A stretch of DNA of 64,000 nucleotides from an uncultured Planctomycetota bacterium (GTDB lineage Bacteria > Planctomycetota > Planctomycetia > Isosphaerales > Isosphaeraceae), in NCBI GenBank assembly GCA_963737655.1, contig CAVTTN010000002.1:5280001-5344000 (forward strand). Direction: 5' to 3'. How positions within the stretch are numbered: position 1 is the first letter of the stretch; the number at the start of each line of letters is the position of its first letter. This document shows positions 24,019 to 34,898 of this stretch, piece after piece. The notes under the pieces are model-generated. The model was not told the origin of the DNA. It saw only the letters and a program-made list of their open reading frames with translations, and made no database searches. A program made the position numbers and the translations under genes.

Positions 24019-27000
24019 ATGAGCGGAGCGTCCGGTCGTCCGGGGGCGATGTGGGGACTCACCGTCCTCCTGAGCATGGTCGCGGCGATGGCCTGGGCCT
24101 CGCCGTCCCGGGCGCAGTATGCGTCCCGGAAGTTCGTGGACGAGCCGATCCTGGTCAACACCGGCGAGGGGCACACGGCCCCGGTGGAGGCCCTGGTCTT
24201 CGACCCCGACACCGGCCGGCTGCTCTCCGGAGGGGACGACAAGGTCATCCACGTCTGGGGCCCGGCCGAGGACGGCCCCCGGCCGCTCCAGACCCTCCGG
24301 CCGCCGATCTGGAGGGGTTTCGGCGGCAGCGTCTGGGCGATGGCGATCAGCCCGGTGGCCGACGCCCAGGGGCAGCGGTGGCTGGCCGTCGCCGGCTATG
24401 GGGTGGCGGCGCAGAGGGGGGAGATCCTCCTGTACCGCTACCCCGGGATCGCCGCCCAGGCGACCGGGGATCTCGTGAAGAAGCTGCCCCCGACCCAGGA
24501 TGGCGGCCTGCCCATCGCCGACCCGGGGCATACCGAACCGGTCCGCGCCCTGGCCTTCTCCCCGGATGGCCGACGGCTCGCCTCGGCCGGGCGCGACGGC
24601 TCGGCGCGAGTCTGGGACCTGGCCACCGGGACGGCGATCGTCTTGAACGTCGGCCCCGGCGAGATCCTCCGAGGCGTGGCGTTCACGCCCGACGGCCGCC
24701 TGGTCGTCACCGGCGGCAACGACGGACTGCTCCGGCTCTGGGACCCCTCCCGGCCCGCCCGGCCAATCCACCAGGTCGGGCCGTTCGACGCCCGAGACAA
24801 TGGCCGCCTGGCGCGATCCAGTGCCTGGCGATCCGCCGGGATGGCCGGGCCGTGATCCTGGGGACCGAGGGGGGCCGGCTCATCCAGGTCGGCCTCCAGG
24901 GCGCGGCCTTCGGCGGGTTCGAAGACCTCCTCCCGGAACGCAAGGACCGCGGGTCGGTGGAGTCCCTGGCGATCAGCCCCGACGGCCTGAAGGTCGCCGC
25001 CGGGGTGATCCTCCGGCGGATCGCCGACCCCCGGGAGCTGCCCGACAGCCGGTCCGAGGTCGTCGTGATCCGCCTGGACACCAGGCTCCCGGACCGGCCG
25101 TCGATGCCCAGCGAGTCGAAGGTCTATGCCTGCGCCTTCTCGGCCGACGGCTCCCGGCTGGCGTTCGCCGACGGGGCCAAGGTGGTCGTCCAGGACCTGG
25201 CCGCCGGGGGAAGCGCGCGGACCCTCAGGGGTCGCGGGGCGGCGATCCCGGCCCTCGGCTTCCTTCGAGACGGCCTGACCGTCGGCTTCGCCCGGTCCCG
25301 GCCCGATCCCGGCTCGGTCCCCTCGTATCGAGGCTTCGACCTCCTCCAACGCCGGGCCGTCCCGGTCCGGGGCGAGGCCCTTCAAGGGGCCGTTACGACC
25401 GACCGCGGCCTGACGATCCGGCCGGCGACCCAGTATTCGCTGAACGTCCTGGACGAGGCCAATCGCGGCTGGACCCTGAATCTCGACTCGAACATGGACG
25501 GCCGATGGCGGTCGTTCAGCTTCTTGCCGGGTCGGCCCCGGCCGATGGTGGCCGTGGGCTGCCGGGTGGGCACGGTCCTGTTCCGGCTCGACGCCGACGG
25601 CCGGGCGGTCCGCACCCACATCTTCGCCGGCCATTCCGGGGACGTCCTGGCCCTCGCCCCCTCGCCCGACGGCAAGTGGCTGGCGACCGGCTCGGAAGAC
25701 CAGACCATCCGGCTCTGGTCGCTCGAGGGCTGCGACCGCCCGGCCGAGCTCGGGGCCACGTTCCTCGCCTCGCCCAATGGCCAGACGGTCGTGGGCGACG
25801 TCCGGCCCATGTCCTTCGCCGAGACCGTCGGCATGAAGCCGGGGGACGTGATCGAGACGTTCCAGTTGAACGATCCCAGGCCCGGATCGCCGACGCTCCT
25901 CCCCTCCCGAGAGGAGTTCCTGAAGAAGATCGCCGAGGGGATCGAGCCCAACACCAAGGTCTCCTTCCACGCCCGCCGCAAGGGGTTCGCGCCGAACGAC
26001 CCGGCCGGCGTCGCCAAGTATGGGACGAGCCTCCGGGACGGCCCGACCCTGACCCTGTTCCCGACCGAGGACCGCGAATGGGTCCTGTGGACGCCCCAGG
26101 GGTATTATGACTCGTCGGTCGAGGGGGATTTCTCGTTCCTGGGCTGGCAGAAGAACCGGGGAAGCCTGGACGGCTGGAAGCCGTCGTTGTTCTTCCGGAT
26201 CAGCGAGTTCGAGCGCGAGCTGAGGAGGCCGGAGGTCCTGGATCGCCTGATCCGGACCGGTCGGATTCGCCCGGCCCTGGCCTCGTCGGCGAAGCCGACG
26301 CTCCGGGCGGCGACGCCCCTTCCTCCGCCGCCCCCGAGGACGCTCGCCCAGGGCTTGCCGAAGGCGCCGAGGGGACCGCTGGTCCGCCCCTCTCCGCCTC
26401 CGGCCGTGGCGACGATCCCCCGCCCTCCGGCCGACGCCCGGCTCGTCCTGGCGACCCCGCCGTCGATCCGGTTCCTCGGGCCCTCGCACCGCGAAGGGGC
26501 GGCCGTCGTCTCCCTGATCCAGACGGTCGAGGTCCGGGTCCAGGTCGAGCCCCAGGACGGCCGTCCGGTGGTCGGGCTGGAGGCGACCGTCGAGGCCTCG
26601 GCCGTCCCGGGCTACCCTCGGCAGATCGCCCCTCGGGCCCAGGCGTTCGAGGACACCTTCCGCGCCTCGCTCCAGCCGGGGCTGAACCGGGTGGTCGTCC
26701 GGGCCCGGAACGACCGGGACAAGGCGGGCGAGGCATCCCTGGAGATCTATTTCGCCGACCCGAAGCCCCGGCCGCCCCGGGTCCTCCTCGTGGCGATCGC
26801 CGCGGGCGCCTTCCCCCAGGCCCCCGAGCACGACATCCGGTTCGCCGAGAAGGACGCCCCGGCCGCCCTGAACGCCCTGAAGGGCCTGGCCGACCGGAGC
26901 AAGCTGGACGTCGAGATGATCGGCCCGCTGACCGGCCAGGCCGCCACCTCGGCCCAGATCGACGGCGTCCTGGACGGCCTCGACCAGGCCATCGAGCGCC

Positions 27001-27581
27001 GGACCGTCCATCCCGGGGACACCGTCGTGATGTTCCTGGAGTCGCACTTCCTCCGGTTCGGTGCCGCCTCGGCGGAGGGGTTCGCCGGGGCCGACCTGAC
27101 CTCGCCGCCCTCGCCGAAGGCGACCATCCCGGCGGCGAAGCTCGCCCACGTCCTCGGCCGCCTCCGCACCGAGGCCCGATGCCAGGTCGTCCTCATGATC
27201 GACGCGATCCACGACGGCGCCTCGCCCCAGCTCCAGACCCGCCCGTTCGATGATTGGGTCCGCGAGCTGACCTTCCGCAAGGGCGTGATCACCGTGATCG
27301 CCTCCAAGGACCTGCCCAGCCTCCGGGGCAACGACCTCGGCCTGTTCGCCTGGGGCCTCACCCAGATCGACCAGCCCCGCAATCGCCAGAGGTTCCTGGG
27401 AATCCGCCGGCCCGAGGTCCCCCTGACGCTCGACGAGCTCGGCCGGGCCCTGTCGGGGGTCGTGGGAGAGGAAAGCAACAGCGAGCAGGCCGTCGGCTAC
27501 TACATCCCGGCCAGCCTCAGCCACCGGACCCCATTCCTCGCCCCGCCGACCGACGGCGGTCGGGTGGTCCGGGCGAAGTGA
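24019..27581 (+). CDS. exported WD40 / PDZ-like / pseudo-caspase protein; one apparent frameshift (~24808)
   Basis: Signal peptide; WD40 repeats (GHTAPVEAL, GHTEPVRALAFSPDG, GHSGDVLALAPSPDG); PDZ-like LGATF...VRPMSFAETVGMKPGDVI; Ig-like LQPGLNRVVVRA; C14-like domain with FLESHF and LMIDAIH, lacking the catalytic Cys. Confidence 0.8.
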
Positions 27582-27610
27582 GGTGACGGGGGCCGGCCCC
27601 CGGTCCCCGG

Positions 27611-29647
27611 CTACTTCTCCAGGAGCCGCTCGTCTTCATAGCCGACCTGGACGACGGCCAGCAAGCGGCCCTTGCGGCGGAACTCGGCGGTGGTGAAGGT
27701 GCGGGCCTCCTTCTGGCCGCCGACGACCCGCAGGGCCCGGCTCGTGTCCTCGGCGAAGAAGGCGGCGGTGATCAGGCCGAGGCTCTCGGCGGGGTCGCGG
27801 CGGGAGCCTTCGTCCTGGGGCACGTTCTCGAACCGGAATCGTTGGAGCTCGAACGCGCCGGCCTCCCCCGGGGCGTTGGCCGCGGCCCTGGGGATCGAGA
27901 ACCCCTCGATCTCGGTCGATCCGCCGGGTTCCAGGACCCACGGACGGCCCGCCTCGGCCGTCTCGGCGGCCTTGCCCAGGGTGTTCACGCCGTCGATCCT
28001 CAGGACCACGCCCACCCGGCGATCGGAGCGGTTGGTCAGCCGGACCTTGAAGACCTCGCCGTCCCGGGCCCCGACGATTCGGAGCCTGGGATCGAGGGCC
28101 CGGGCGGCCGGATCGTTCGGGACGGCGTTCTCGCGGGGGACCTTCGGCCGCCATCGCGTCGAGGCGTCCACCGCGGCCCCGGGACGGCCGTCGGCCGAGA
28201 GCAGCTCGACGCGGAACGGGAAGTCCTCGGCCCAGACCGCAACCTGGGGCCGGGCGAGGTCCACCGGCGGGGCCGGCTGGGGCGGCCCCGGCGGCCGTTC
28301 CGGAGGGCGGTTGTCCAGAGACCGGCCGATCTCGGCGGCCAGCGCCTCGTCCAGCTTCAGCCGTCCGCCGAGGCGCGCGACCGAGCCCCCTTCGGCCGCG
28401 AACAGCTCGCACTGGACGCCCATCGCCGCGTCCGAGACGCTCAGATCGCCCACGACCGAGGCCGACGGAGGCCCCGGGCGGCAGTCCGCGGCGGAGGCGT
28501 CGCGATCGACCCGGTAGGCGCCCGGCTCCGTCGGCGCGAGCCGGGCCAGCTCGTCGCCGATCGACCGGGCCAGGAGGCCGGGCAAGGGGTAGCGGGCCAG
28601 CCCCGCCCTCGCCCCGGCGACCTTCACGCGGAACTCCTTCGGCACGCCCACGCTCGGGTACTTGCGGAGCCGGACCTCCTCGTCCAGGAGCGCGGCCATC
28701 CGTCGCGAGAGGTCGTCCACCGGCTCGGGGCGGAGGCTCAGCAAGGGCGGATCGCCGTCGATCTCCCGGGAGAGCTCGCGGGCCGGGGTCTGCTCGGGAT
28801 GGTTCAGGGCCCGGATCGTCAGCGGGACGTGCTCATGGGTGTAGTTGGCCACCTCGGTGGCGGTCAATCGGCCGTCGCCGTCGGCGTCGGCGGCCCCTTC
28901 CAGGGCGCGGCGGAGCCAGTAGGTGAAGACGCTCTGGTTCCTCTCGGGCCATTCCCAGCTCGACTGGCCGTCCCGGCAGCTCTCCAGGACCACGAACGAG
29001 TTCCTCGGCACGGCACGGCCGCCCTCGGCCGGGCGGGCCGGGCCGGTGGCGATCGGGTTGGGCTGCACCGACTTGCCGCCGGGCAGGGCCCGGCCCCCGG
29101 TGTCCAGGCAGCAGTCCAGGATCAGGAACTTGGTCGTCGCCGGGCAGCCGTTGAGGTAGACCCCCAACGTCCCGGCCTTCAGGAACGTGTCGGGCGCCTT
29201 CGGGTCGGCGTCGATCGGGACGAGGTGCGGCTTGCCGTCGATCAGGAGGCCGTGGCCGCTGAAGAAGAACAAGAGCGAGTCGCCGGGCCGGATCTCGTGG
29301 AGGAACTTCGGCAGCCGGGTCGTCAGGTTGGCGAACGTCGGCCGGAGGCCCGGCCCCGAATCGTCGGCCATCTGGAGGATGTGGTCGTCCGCCACCCCCG
29401 CGCGCTCGACCAGGGTCCGCCGGAGGCCGCGGACGTCGGCCAGGGGGACGCGCAGGTCGGGGATCGCCGGGCTCTCGTAGTCCTGGGCCGCGATCAGGAC
29501 GGCCCACTGCTCGGCGGGCCGTCCGGGCTCGCCCTGGGCCTGGACCGAACCGGCCGTCCCCAGGGCCGCCATCAGCCCGAGGAACGGCCCGTACCCCGGG
29601 AGGAACCGCCGCATTCGCCGTCGAACGCTCGTCGAGGGGCCGATCAT
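27611..29647 (-). CDS. exported caspase-family (peptidase C14) protein with uncharacterised C-terminal domains
   Basis: Signal peptide (alternative start 29614); WAVLIA, FFFSGHG, LILDCC, SC..GQ.SWE, VFTYWL..AL.GAADADGDG and EQTP motifs. Confidence 0.85.
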   Translation of the reverse strand: MIGPSTSVRRRMRRFLPGYGPFLGLMAALGTAGSVQAQGEPGRPAEQWAVLIAAQDYESPAIPDLRVPLADVRGLRRTLVERAGVADDHILQMADDSGPGLRPTFANLTTRLPKFLHEIRPGDSLLFFFSGHGLLIDGKPHLVPIDADPKAPDTFLKAGTLGVYLNGCPATTKFLILDCCLDTGGRALPGGKSVQPNPIATGPARPAEGGRAVPRNSFVVLESCRDGQSSWEWPERNQSVFTYWLRRALEGAADADGDGRLTATEVANYTHEHVPLTIRALNHPEQTPARELSREIDGDPPLLSLRPEPVDDLSRRMAALLDEEVRLRKYPSVGVPKEFRVKVAGARAGLARYPLPGLLARSIGDELARLAPTEPGAYRVDRDASAADCRPGPPSASVVGDLSVSDAAMGVQCELFAAEGGSVARLGGRLKLDEALAAEIGRSLDNRPPERPPGPPQPAPPVDLARPQVAVWAEDFPFRVELLSADGRPGAAVDASTRWRPKVPRENAVPNDPAARALDPRLRIVGARDGEVFKVRLTNRSDRRVGVVLRIDGVNTLGKAAETAEAGRPWVLEPGGSTEIEGFSIPRAAANAPGEAGAFELQRFRFENVPQDEGSRRDPAESLGLITAAFFAEDTSRALRVVGGQKEARTFTTAEFRRKGRLLAVVQVGYEDERLLEK

Positions 29648-29953
29648 GGTCCACCGTCCTCCGAACCTCGGCCGACCATCCTCGTCGCGAGGTCCCATCC
29701 CAAACTTCCCCCCGGGGCCGGGCCAGACGATCAGGGCCAACGGCGCGGAAGACCGAAGGAGGAGCCGCGTCGCCCCACCCCCGGCCAGGCCCCCGCCTCA
29801 TCGGCGCGGGCCCTCCTCTTCTACGACGCTCTTCCTCGCCGTTCCGGAGGATTCCCCCGAATCCGGCCCCCGGTGTCAGCAAATCCCCGAATCCATCCCG
29901 AATCTCACAAATCGCAACATCCAAGCACACATCCAACCGAAATCGGATTCCGG

Positions 29954-31357
29954 TCACGCCAGGATCGGGCGAACGACCTGGCCGCTGACGTCCGTGAGCC
30001 GGAAGTCCCGGCCCTGGAAGCGGTAAAGGAGCCGCTTGTGGTCGATCCCCAGGAGGTGGAGCAGCGTCGCGTGGAGGTCGTGGACGTGGACGACGTCCTC
30101 CACGGCGGCGTACCCCAGCTCGTCGGTCTTGCCGTGGGCGATCCCGCCCTTGATCCCTCCGCCGGCCATCCACATCGAGAATCCCTTGATGTGGTGGTCG
30201 CGGCCGTTGCCCTGGGCCATCGGCGTCCGGCCGAACTCGCCCCCCCAGACCACCAGGGTCTCGTCGAGCATCCCCCTCTGCTTCAGGTCGGCGATCAGGG
30301 CGGCCGAGGGCCGATCGACCTCCTCGCACTTCAGCTTGATGTCCTCGCGAATCCCGCCGTGGTGGTCCCAGTCGCGATGATAGAGCTGGATGAACCGGAC
30401 GCCTCGCTCGGCCAGTCGCCGGGCCAGCAGGCAATTCGCGCCGAACGAGCCGTCGGCCCCCCTGGTCCCGTACATCTCCAGGGTCCTGGCCGACTCGCCC
30501 GAGAGGTCCATCAGCCCCGGGACGCTGCTCTGCATCCGGAACGCCATCTCATACTGCGAGATCCTCGTGGCGATCTCGGGGTCATCGACGACCGACGGGT
30601 TCGCGGCGTTCAGGGCGTTGATCGTCTCGATCGCCTCCCTCTGCCGGCCCTCGGAGACGCCCGGCGGGCGAGTCAGATAGAGGACCGGGTCCCCCTTGCC
30701 CCGGAGGTGGACGCCCTGGAACTTGCTCGGGAGGAACCCGCTGTGCCACTGGCGAGAGGCGATCGGCTGGTTCTGCCCCCCTCGGCCCGAGGACGTGAGG
30801 ACCACGAACCCGGGCAGGTCCTCGGACTCGGTCCCCAGCCCATAGGTGACCCACGACCCCATGCTCGGCCGCCCCGAGATGGTGGTCCCGGTGTTCATGA
30901 AGGTATGGGCCGGGTCGTGGTTGATCGCCTCGGTGACCATCGACCGCACGACGCAGATCTCGTCGGCGATCGAGCCGATCCTCGGCAGGAGCGAGCAGAT
31001 CTCCAGCCCGGACTGGCCGTATTTCGCGAACGGATGCTGAGGGGCCAGGCATCGCAACGACTGCCCCTGCAACTGGGCGATCGGCTGGCCCCTGGTGAAC
31101 GACTCGGGCATCGGCTGGCCGTCGCGTCTGGCCAGCTCGGGCTTGGGGTCGAGCGTCTCCAGGTGGCTGGGGCCGCCGGCCATGCTCAGGAAGATCACCC
31201 TCTTGGCCTTCGGCGCGAAGTGAAGCGGGTTCACCACGCCCGAGGCGCGATCGGCCGCGAGCAGGGCCGACGGGTCGAGCAAGGAGGCCAGCGCCACCGA
31301 GCCGACCCCCCGGGCCGCCTGTCCCAGGAACGCTCGTCGTTGGAGGAGGTGAGTCAT
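29954..31357 (-). CDS. DUF1501 domain protein
   Basis: Tat-like RRAFL; AKRVIFLSMAGGPSHLETLDPKP, CLLARRLAERGVRFIQ, WGGEFGRTP and HDLHAT motifs. Confidence 0.92.
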   Translation of the reverse strand: MTHLLQRRAFLGQAARGVGSVALASLLDPSALLAADRASGVVNPLHFAPKAKRVIFLSMAGGPSHLETLDPKPELARRDGQPMPESFTRGQPIAQLQGQSLRCLAPQHPFAKYGQSGLEICSLLPRIGSIADEICVVRSMVTEAINHDPAHTFMNTGTTISGRPSMGSWVTYGLGTESEDLPGFVVLTSSGRGGQNQPIASRQWHSGFLPSKFQGVHLRGKGDPVLYLTRPPGVSEGRQREAIETINALNAANPSVVDDPEIATRISQYEMAFRMQSSVPGLMDLSGESARTLEMYGTRGADGSFGANCLLARRLAERGVRFIQLYHRDWDHHGGIREDIKLKCEEVDRPSAALIADLKQRGMLDETLVVWGGEFGRTPMAQGNGRDHHIKGFSMWMAGGGIKGGIAHGKTDELGYAAVEDVVHVHDLHATLLHLLGIDHKRLLYRFQGRDFRLTDVSGQVVRPILA

Positions 31358-31569
31358 GAGGCGATCCCGGAAAGGGTGGATGTCTCGTCGGTGCGTCCCG
31401 ATCGGTTCGCAAAAGTTCCGAAATTGGAATTATTCTGCGATGCAAACCTCGTCGGATTCAGAACTTCGGAGAAAGCCGCACGGAGATTTCGAACGCCTGA
31501 GGATTGGAAAAAGTCCGTTCCGTCCGATTCGGAGGTCTCGAAGGCCCGTTCCCTCTGTAGCATCGTGTT

Positions 31570-31668
31570 CGGCGTCGGGTGGCATGCCTACGTCTTCGTA
31601 GGCATGTCTTCGGTCAGACTTGAACCCAAGACATGCCTACGAAGACGTAGGCATGCCACCCGACGCCG
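31570..31668. repeat. inverted pair of REP-like elements (perfect 41-bp inverted repeat)
   Basis: 31570-31610 is the exact reverse complement of 31628-31668; each arm is itself a hairpin CATGCCTACG-N4-CGTAGGCATG. Confidence 0.9.
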
Positions 31669-34600
31669 TCATGGTCTCGTGATGGTTTCGTGGAGGTTGA
31701 GCAGGACCCGGCACGTCGAGGCCCAGGCGGCGAGCTCCGCCGGCGCGAGGTCTTTGGGCATGGGACGTTGGCCGACGCCCAGGAACGCCTTCGCCGCCTC
31801 GGGGTCGGCCCGATATTGCTCCTCGTGCTTCTGAAAGAGGCTCGACAGCAAGGCCACCTCGGCGGCCGAGGGCCTCCGCGACAGCGCCTGGCCGAACGCC
31901 CAGACGATCCGGGCCTGGAGGTCCGACCCTCCTTCTCGCAACACCCTCTCGGCGAACGCCCGCGACGCCTCCACATACGTCGGGTCGTTCAGCAACACCA
32001 GCGCCTGCTGGGGGATGTTCGATCGGGCCCTCTCGGCCGTGCATTCCTCGCGGCTGGGGGCGTCGAACGCGAGGAGGCTGGGGTGGGGGAACGTCCTCTG
32101 CCAGTGGGTGTACATCCCCCGGCGATATTGCGAGTCGCCGAGATCGGCCTGCCACGTCCGGACCGGGAAGTTCAAAGCGTCCCAGTAGCCAGGGGGCTGA
32201 TACGGCTTCACGCTCGGCCCGCCGACGGTCCGGACCAGCAGGCCCGAGACCGCCAACGCATTGTCGCGGACGAACTCCGCGTCCAGGCGGATCGGCACCT
32301 GATGGGCGATCAATCGGTTGTACGGGTCGCGCTCGCGGCCCTCCGGCGAGGCGTGGATCGCCTGCCGATAGGCCCCGGACGTGACGATCAGGCGGACCAC
32401 GTGGCGGACGTCCCACCCCGAATCCATGAACTCGACGGCCAGCCAGTCGAGCAGCTCGGGGTGGCTCGGCCACTCCCCCTGCCCTCCCAGGTCGTCCAGG
32501 ACCTTCGAAATTCCCTGGCCGAACGCCAGCTTCCACAACCGATTGACGAACGCGCGGGCCGTCATCGGGTTCTCGCGAGAGACCAGCCATCTCGCCAGGT
32601 CGAGCCGATCGAGCCGTCGGGGCGGGACGGTCTCTCCGGCCAAAAATCCCGGAATCCCCGGCTCGACCAGCTCCCCGGCCTCGCTCATCCAGTTCCCCCG
32701 GGGCAGGATGCGGACCGGCCGGGGCGTGCCCGAGGAACTCACCAGCGACGTGGGCCACGAGTCGATCCTCGACCACTTCGCCCGGACGTTCGCGGCGATC
32801 TCGGCCCGATCCGGGGCGAACAGCGGCGACGATTCGGCGAAGAACGCCAGGATCTCGGCCGATTGCCGATCGGTCCGCCGCTCGGGAGTGACGGCCAGCG
32901 AGTCGCGGACCCGGGGAGGCGCCGAGTGGCTGACCGGGTCCTCGGCCGTCGTGACCGACAACCTCATCTTCCCGATGTTCTCTTGCGGAAACTTCGATCG
33001 GAAATGGAGGCGGATCGTCAACCGGGTCGGCCCGTCGGAGCCGATCGGCGCGATCGTCTCGAACACCGCCTGATGGGGCATTCCCGTCGAATCGGGGCCG
33101 ATCCCCCACCCGGTCGATTCGTCGCCGTCGATGGCGCGAGACGCCGGCCGATCCTCCTCGTGGGCGTCGCTGGCCGAGGCGATCAAGGGGACGGCGATCG
33201 GCGCATCCTTCGAGCCGTCCTTCGCGGCGGAGACCTTCACCTCGGTCAAGAAGACGCTGCCGTCGAGCGACGTCCCCGGCCCGTTCGACGGGAAATCGGC
33301 GTCGGGCAGCGCCTCCAGGCGGATCGCGGTGATCCCCGCGAGGTCGGTCCTCGCCGAGATCACGACGGATTCCTGCGCCCCGACCTTCCCGAACGACTTC
33401 AGGACGCCGCCCGGCTCCTTCCGGAGCGACGATTCCCCCTCGACCCGCCCCTCGGCGTCGAGGACCGTCCAGATCGGCTCATCGCGATGGATCGCCTCCC
33501 ACTCCGCCTGGACGTTCGAAGCCGCCTTCGCCTTCGCGGCGAGGCCCTCGCGCATCCGGCCGATGGCGGCGTCCATCGCGAGGATCTCGCCCCGTTGCGA
33601 CTCGCTCCCCACCGGCATCCCCGGCTCGCGCTTGCCCACGATCGGCTCGCGGATGTCGGCGAAGAACGCGGCCATCCGGTAGAAATCCCGGGTCGTGAAC
33701 GGGTCAAACTTATGATCATGGCACTCGGCGCAGCCCATCGTGGCGCCGAGCCAGGCCGTCGAGACGTTGCGGACGCGGTCCGCCGCATACTTGGCCGTGT
33801 ATTCCTTGGCCTGGGCCCCGCCCTCCTCGGTCGTCTGGAGGAGCCGGTTGTAGCCCGAGGCGATCCGGTCGGCCTGCGAGGCGTCGGGGAGCAAGTCGCC
33901 GGCCAGTTGCTCGACGGTGAAGCGGTCGAACGGCCGGTTCTCGGCGAACGCGCGGAGGACGGCGTCGCGATACGGCCAGATGTCCCGCGAGTTGTCGCTG
34001 TGATAGCCGATCGAGTCGGCATAGCGGACCAGGTCCAGCCACATCACGGCCAATCGCTCGGCGTGATGGGGCGAGGCGAGCAGGCGATCGACGAGCTTTT
34101 CGTAGGCGTCGGGCGCCGGGTCATTCACGAACGCATCGACCTCGGCCCTGGTCGGCGGGAGGCCGGTCAGATCGAAGCTCACGCGGCGGATCAGGGTCGC
34201 GCGATCGGCTTGCGGGGCCGGTTCCAGGCCCGCCGCCGCGATCCGCTCGAGGAGGAACCGATCGATCGGGTTGCGCACGAATCCGGGGCGATCGACGGCC
34301 GGGACCTCATGCCGGACCGGCGGGAGGAACGACCAGTGCCCCTTGAACTCGGCCCCCTCGGCGATCCATCGGCGGATCGTGGCGACTTGCTCATCCGTCA
34401 ACGTCTTGCCCGAGCCCTTCGGCGGCATTTTCTGCTCGGGGTCGGACGAGGAGAGGCGGTCGAGGACGTCGCTCTCCTCGGGCTTGCCGGCGACGACCGG
34501 CCCGGGGGCGTCCTTCGAGCCGAACAGCCCGTCCTTCGTATCCAGCCGCAAATCGGCCTTGCGCTTGCCCTTGTCGGGGCCGTGGCAGGCGAAGCAGTTA

Positions 34601-34722
34601 TCCGAGAGGATCGGCCGGACGTCGCGGTTGAAGTCGATCCGTCGGGGAGGATCGGCGGCCAGGGCCGCGACCGGCACGAGGGCGACGAGGCCGAGCCCTC
34701 GGAGAGCAAGACGACCGATCAT
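31669..34722 (-). CDS. planctomycete cytochrome c / DUF1549 / DUF1553 protein
   Basis: DFNRDVRPILSDNCFACHGPD, DLTGLPP, WLDLVRYADS, CAECHDHKFDP, PSHPELLDWLA and QALVLLND; internal discoidin-like segment (AIDGDESTGWG). Confidence 0.93.
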   Translation of the reverse strand: MIGRLALRGLGLVALVPVAALAADPPRRIDFNRDVRPILSDNCFACHGPDKGKRKADLRLDTKDGLFGSKDAPGPVVAGKPEESDVLDRLSSSDPEQKMPPKGSGKTLTDEQVATIRRWIAEGAEFKGHWSFLPPVRHEVPAVDRPGFVRNPIDRFLLERIAAAGLEPAPQADRATLIRRVSFDLTGLPPTRAEVDAFVNDPAPDAYEKLVDRLLASPHHAERLAVMWLDLVRYADSIGYHSDNSRDIWPYRDAVLRAFAENRPFDRFTVEQLAGDLLPDASQADRIASGYNRLLQTTEEGGAQAKEYTAKYAADRVRNVSTAWLGATMGCAECHDHKFDPFTTRDFYRMAAFFADIREPIVGKREPGMPVGSESQRGEILAMDAAIGRMREGLAAKAKAASNVQAEWEAIHRDEPIWTVLDAEGRVEGESSLRKEPGGVLKSFGKVGAQESVVISARTDLAGITAIRLEALPDADFPSNGPGTSLDGSVFLTEVKVSAAKDGSKDAPIAVPLIASASDAHEEDRPASRAIDGDESTGWGIGPDSTGMPHQAVFETIAPIGSDGPTRLTIRLHFRSKFPQENIGKMRLSVTTAEDPVSHSAPPRVRDSLAVTPERRTDRQSAEILAFFAESSPLFAPDRAEIAANVRAKWSRIDSWPTSLVSSSGTPRPVRILPRGNWMSEAGELVEPGIPGFLAGETVPPRRLDRLDLARWLVSRENPMTARAFVNRLWKLAFGQGISKVLDDLGGQGEWPSHPELLDWLAVEFMDSGWDVRHVVRLIVTSGAYRQAIHASPEGRERDPYNRLIAHQVPIRLDAEFVRDNALAVSGLLVRTVGGPSVKPYQPPGYWDALNFPVRTWQADLGDSQYRRGMYTHWQRTFPHPSLLAFDAPSREECTAERARSNIPQQALVLLNDPTYVEASRAFAERVLREGGSDLQARIVWAFGQALSRRPSAAEVALLSSLFQKHEEQYRADPEAAKAFLGVGQRPMPKDLAPAELAAWASTCRVLLNLHETITRP

Positions 34723-34898
34723 GGAGAGGACTCCAACGGCGGGACGGGACGGCGGGCGTCGAGCCTCGCTCGCTCGACGAGGGCGGTGTTCGCTTCGGCT
34801 CGGCAGGGAGGCGGAATCCGCGGAGGCAGGCTCGCGACCCCGATTCTACCCCACCCGTCGCCGGGGAATCCATGCCCACCCGCCCGAGCCGTGCCTCC

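Noticed and set aside
3712..27581. Calling the frameshifted genes pseudogenes or programmed frameshifts
   Set aside because: Motifs are intact on both sides, there are no nonsense mutations or classical slippery heptamers, and the same lesion type hits the conserved RND genes.
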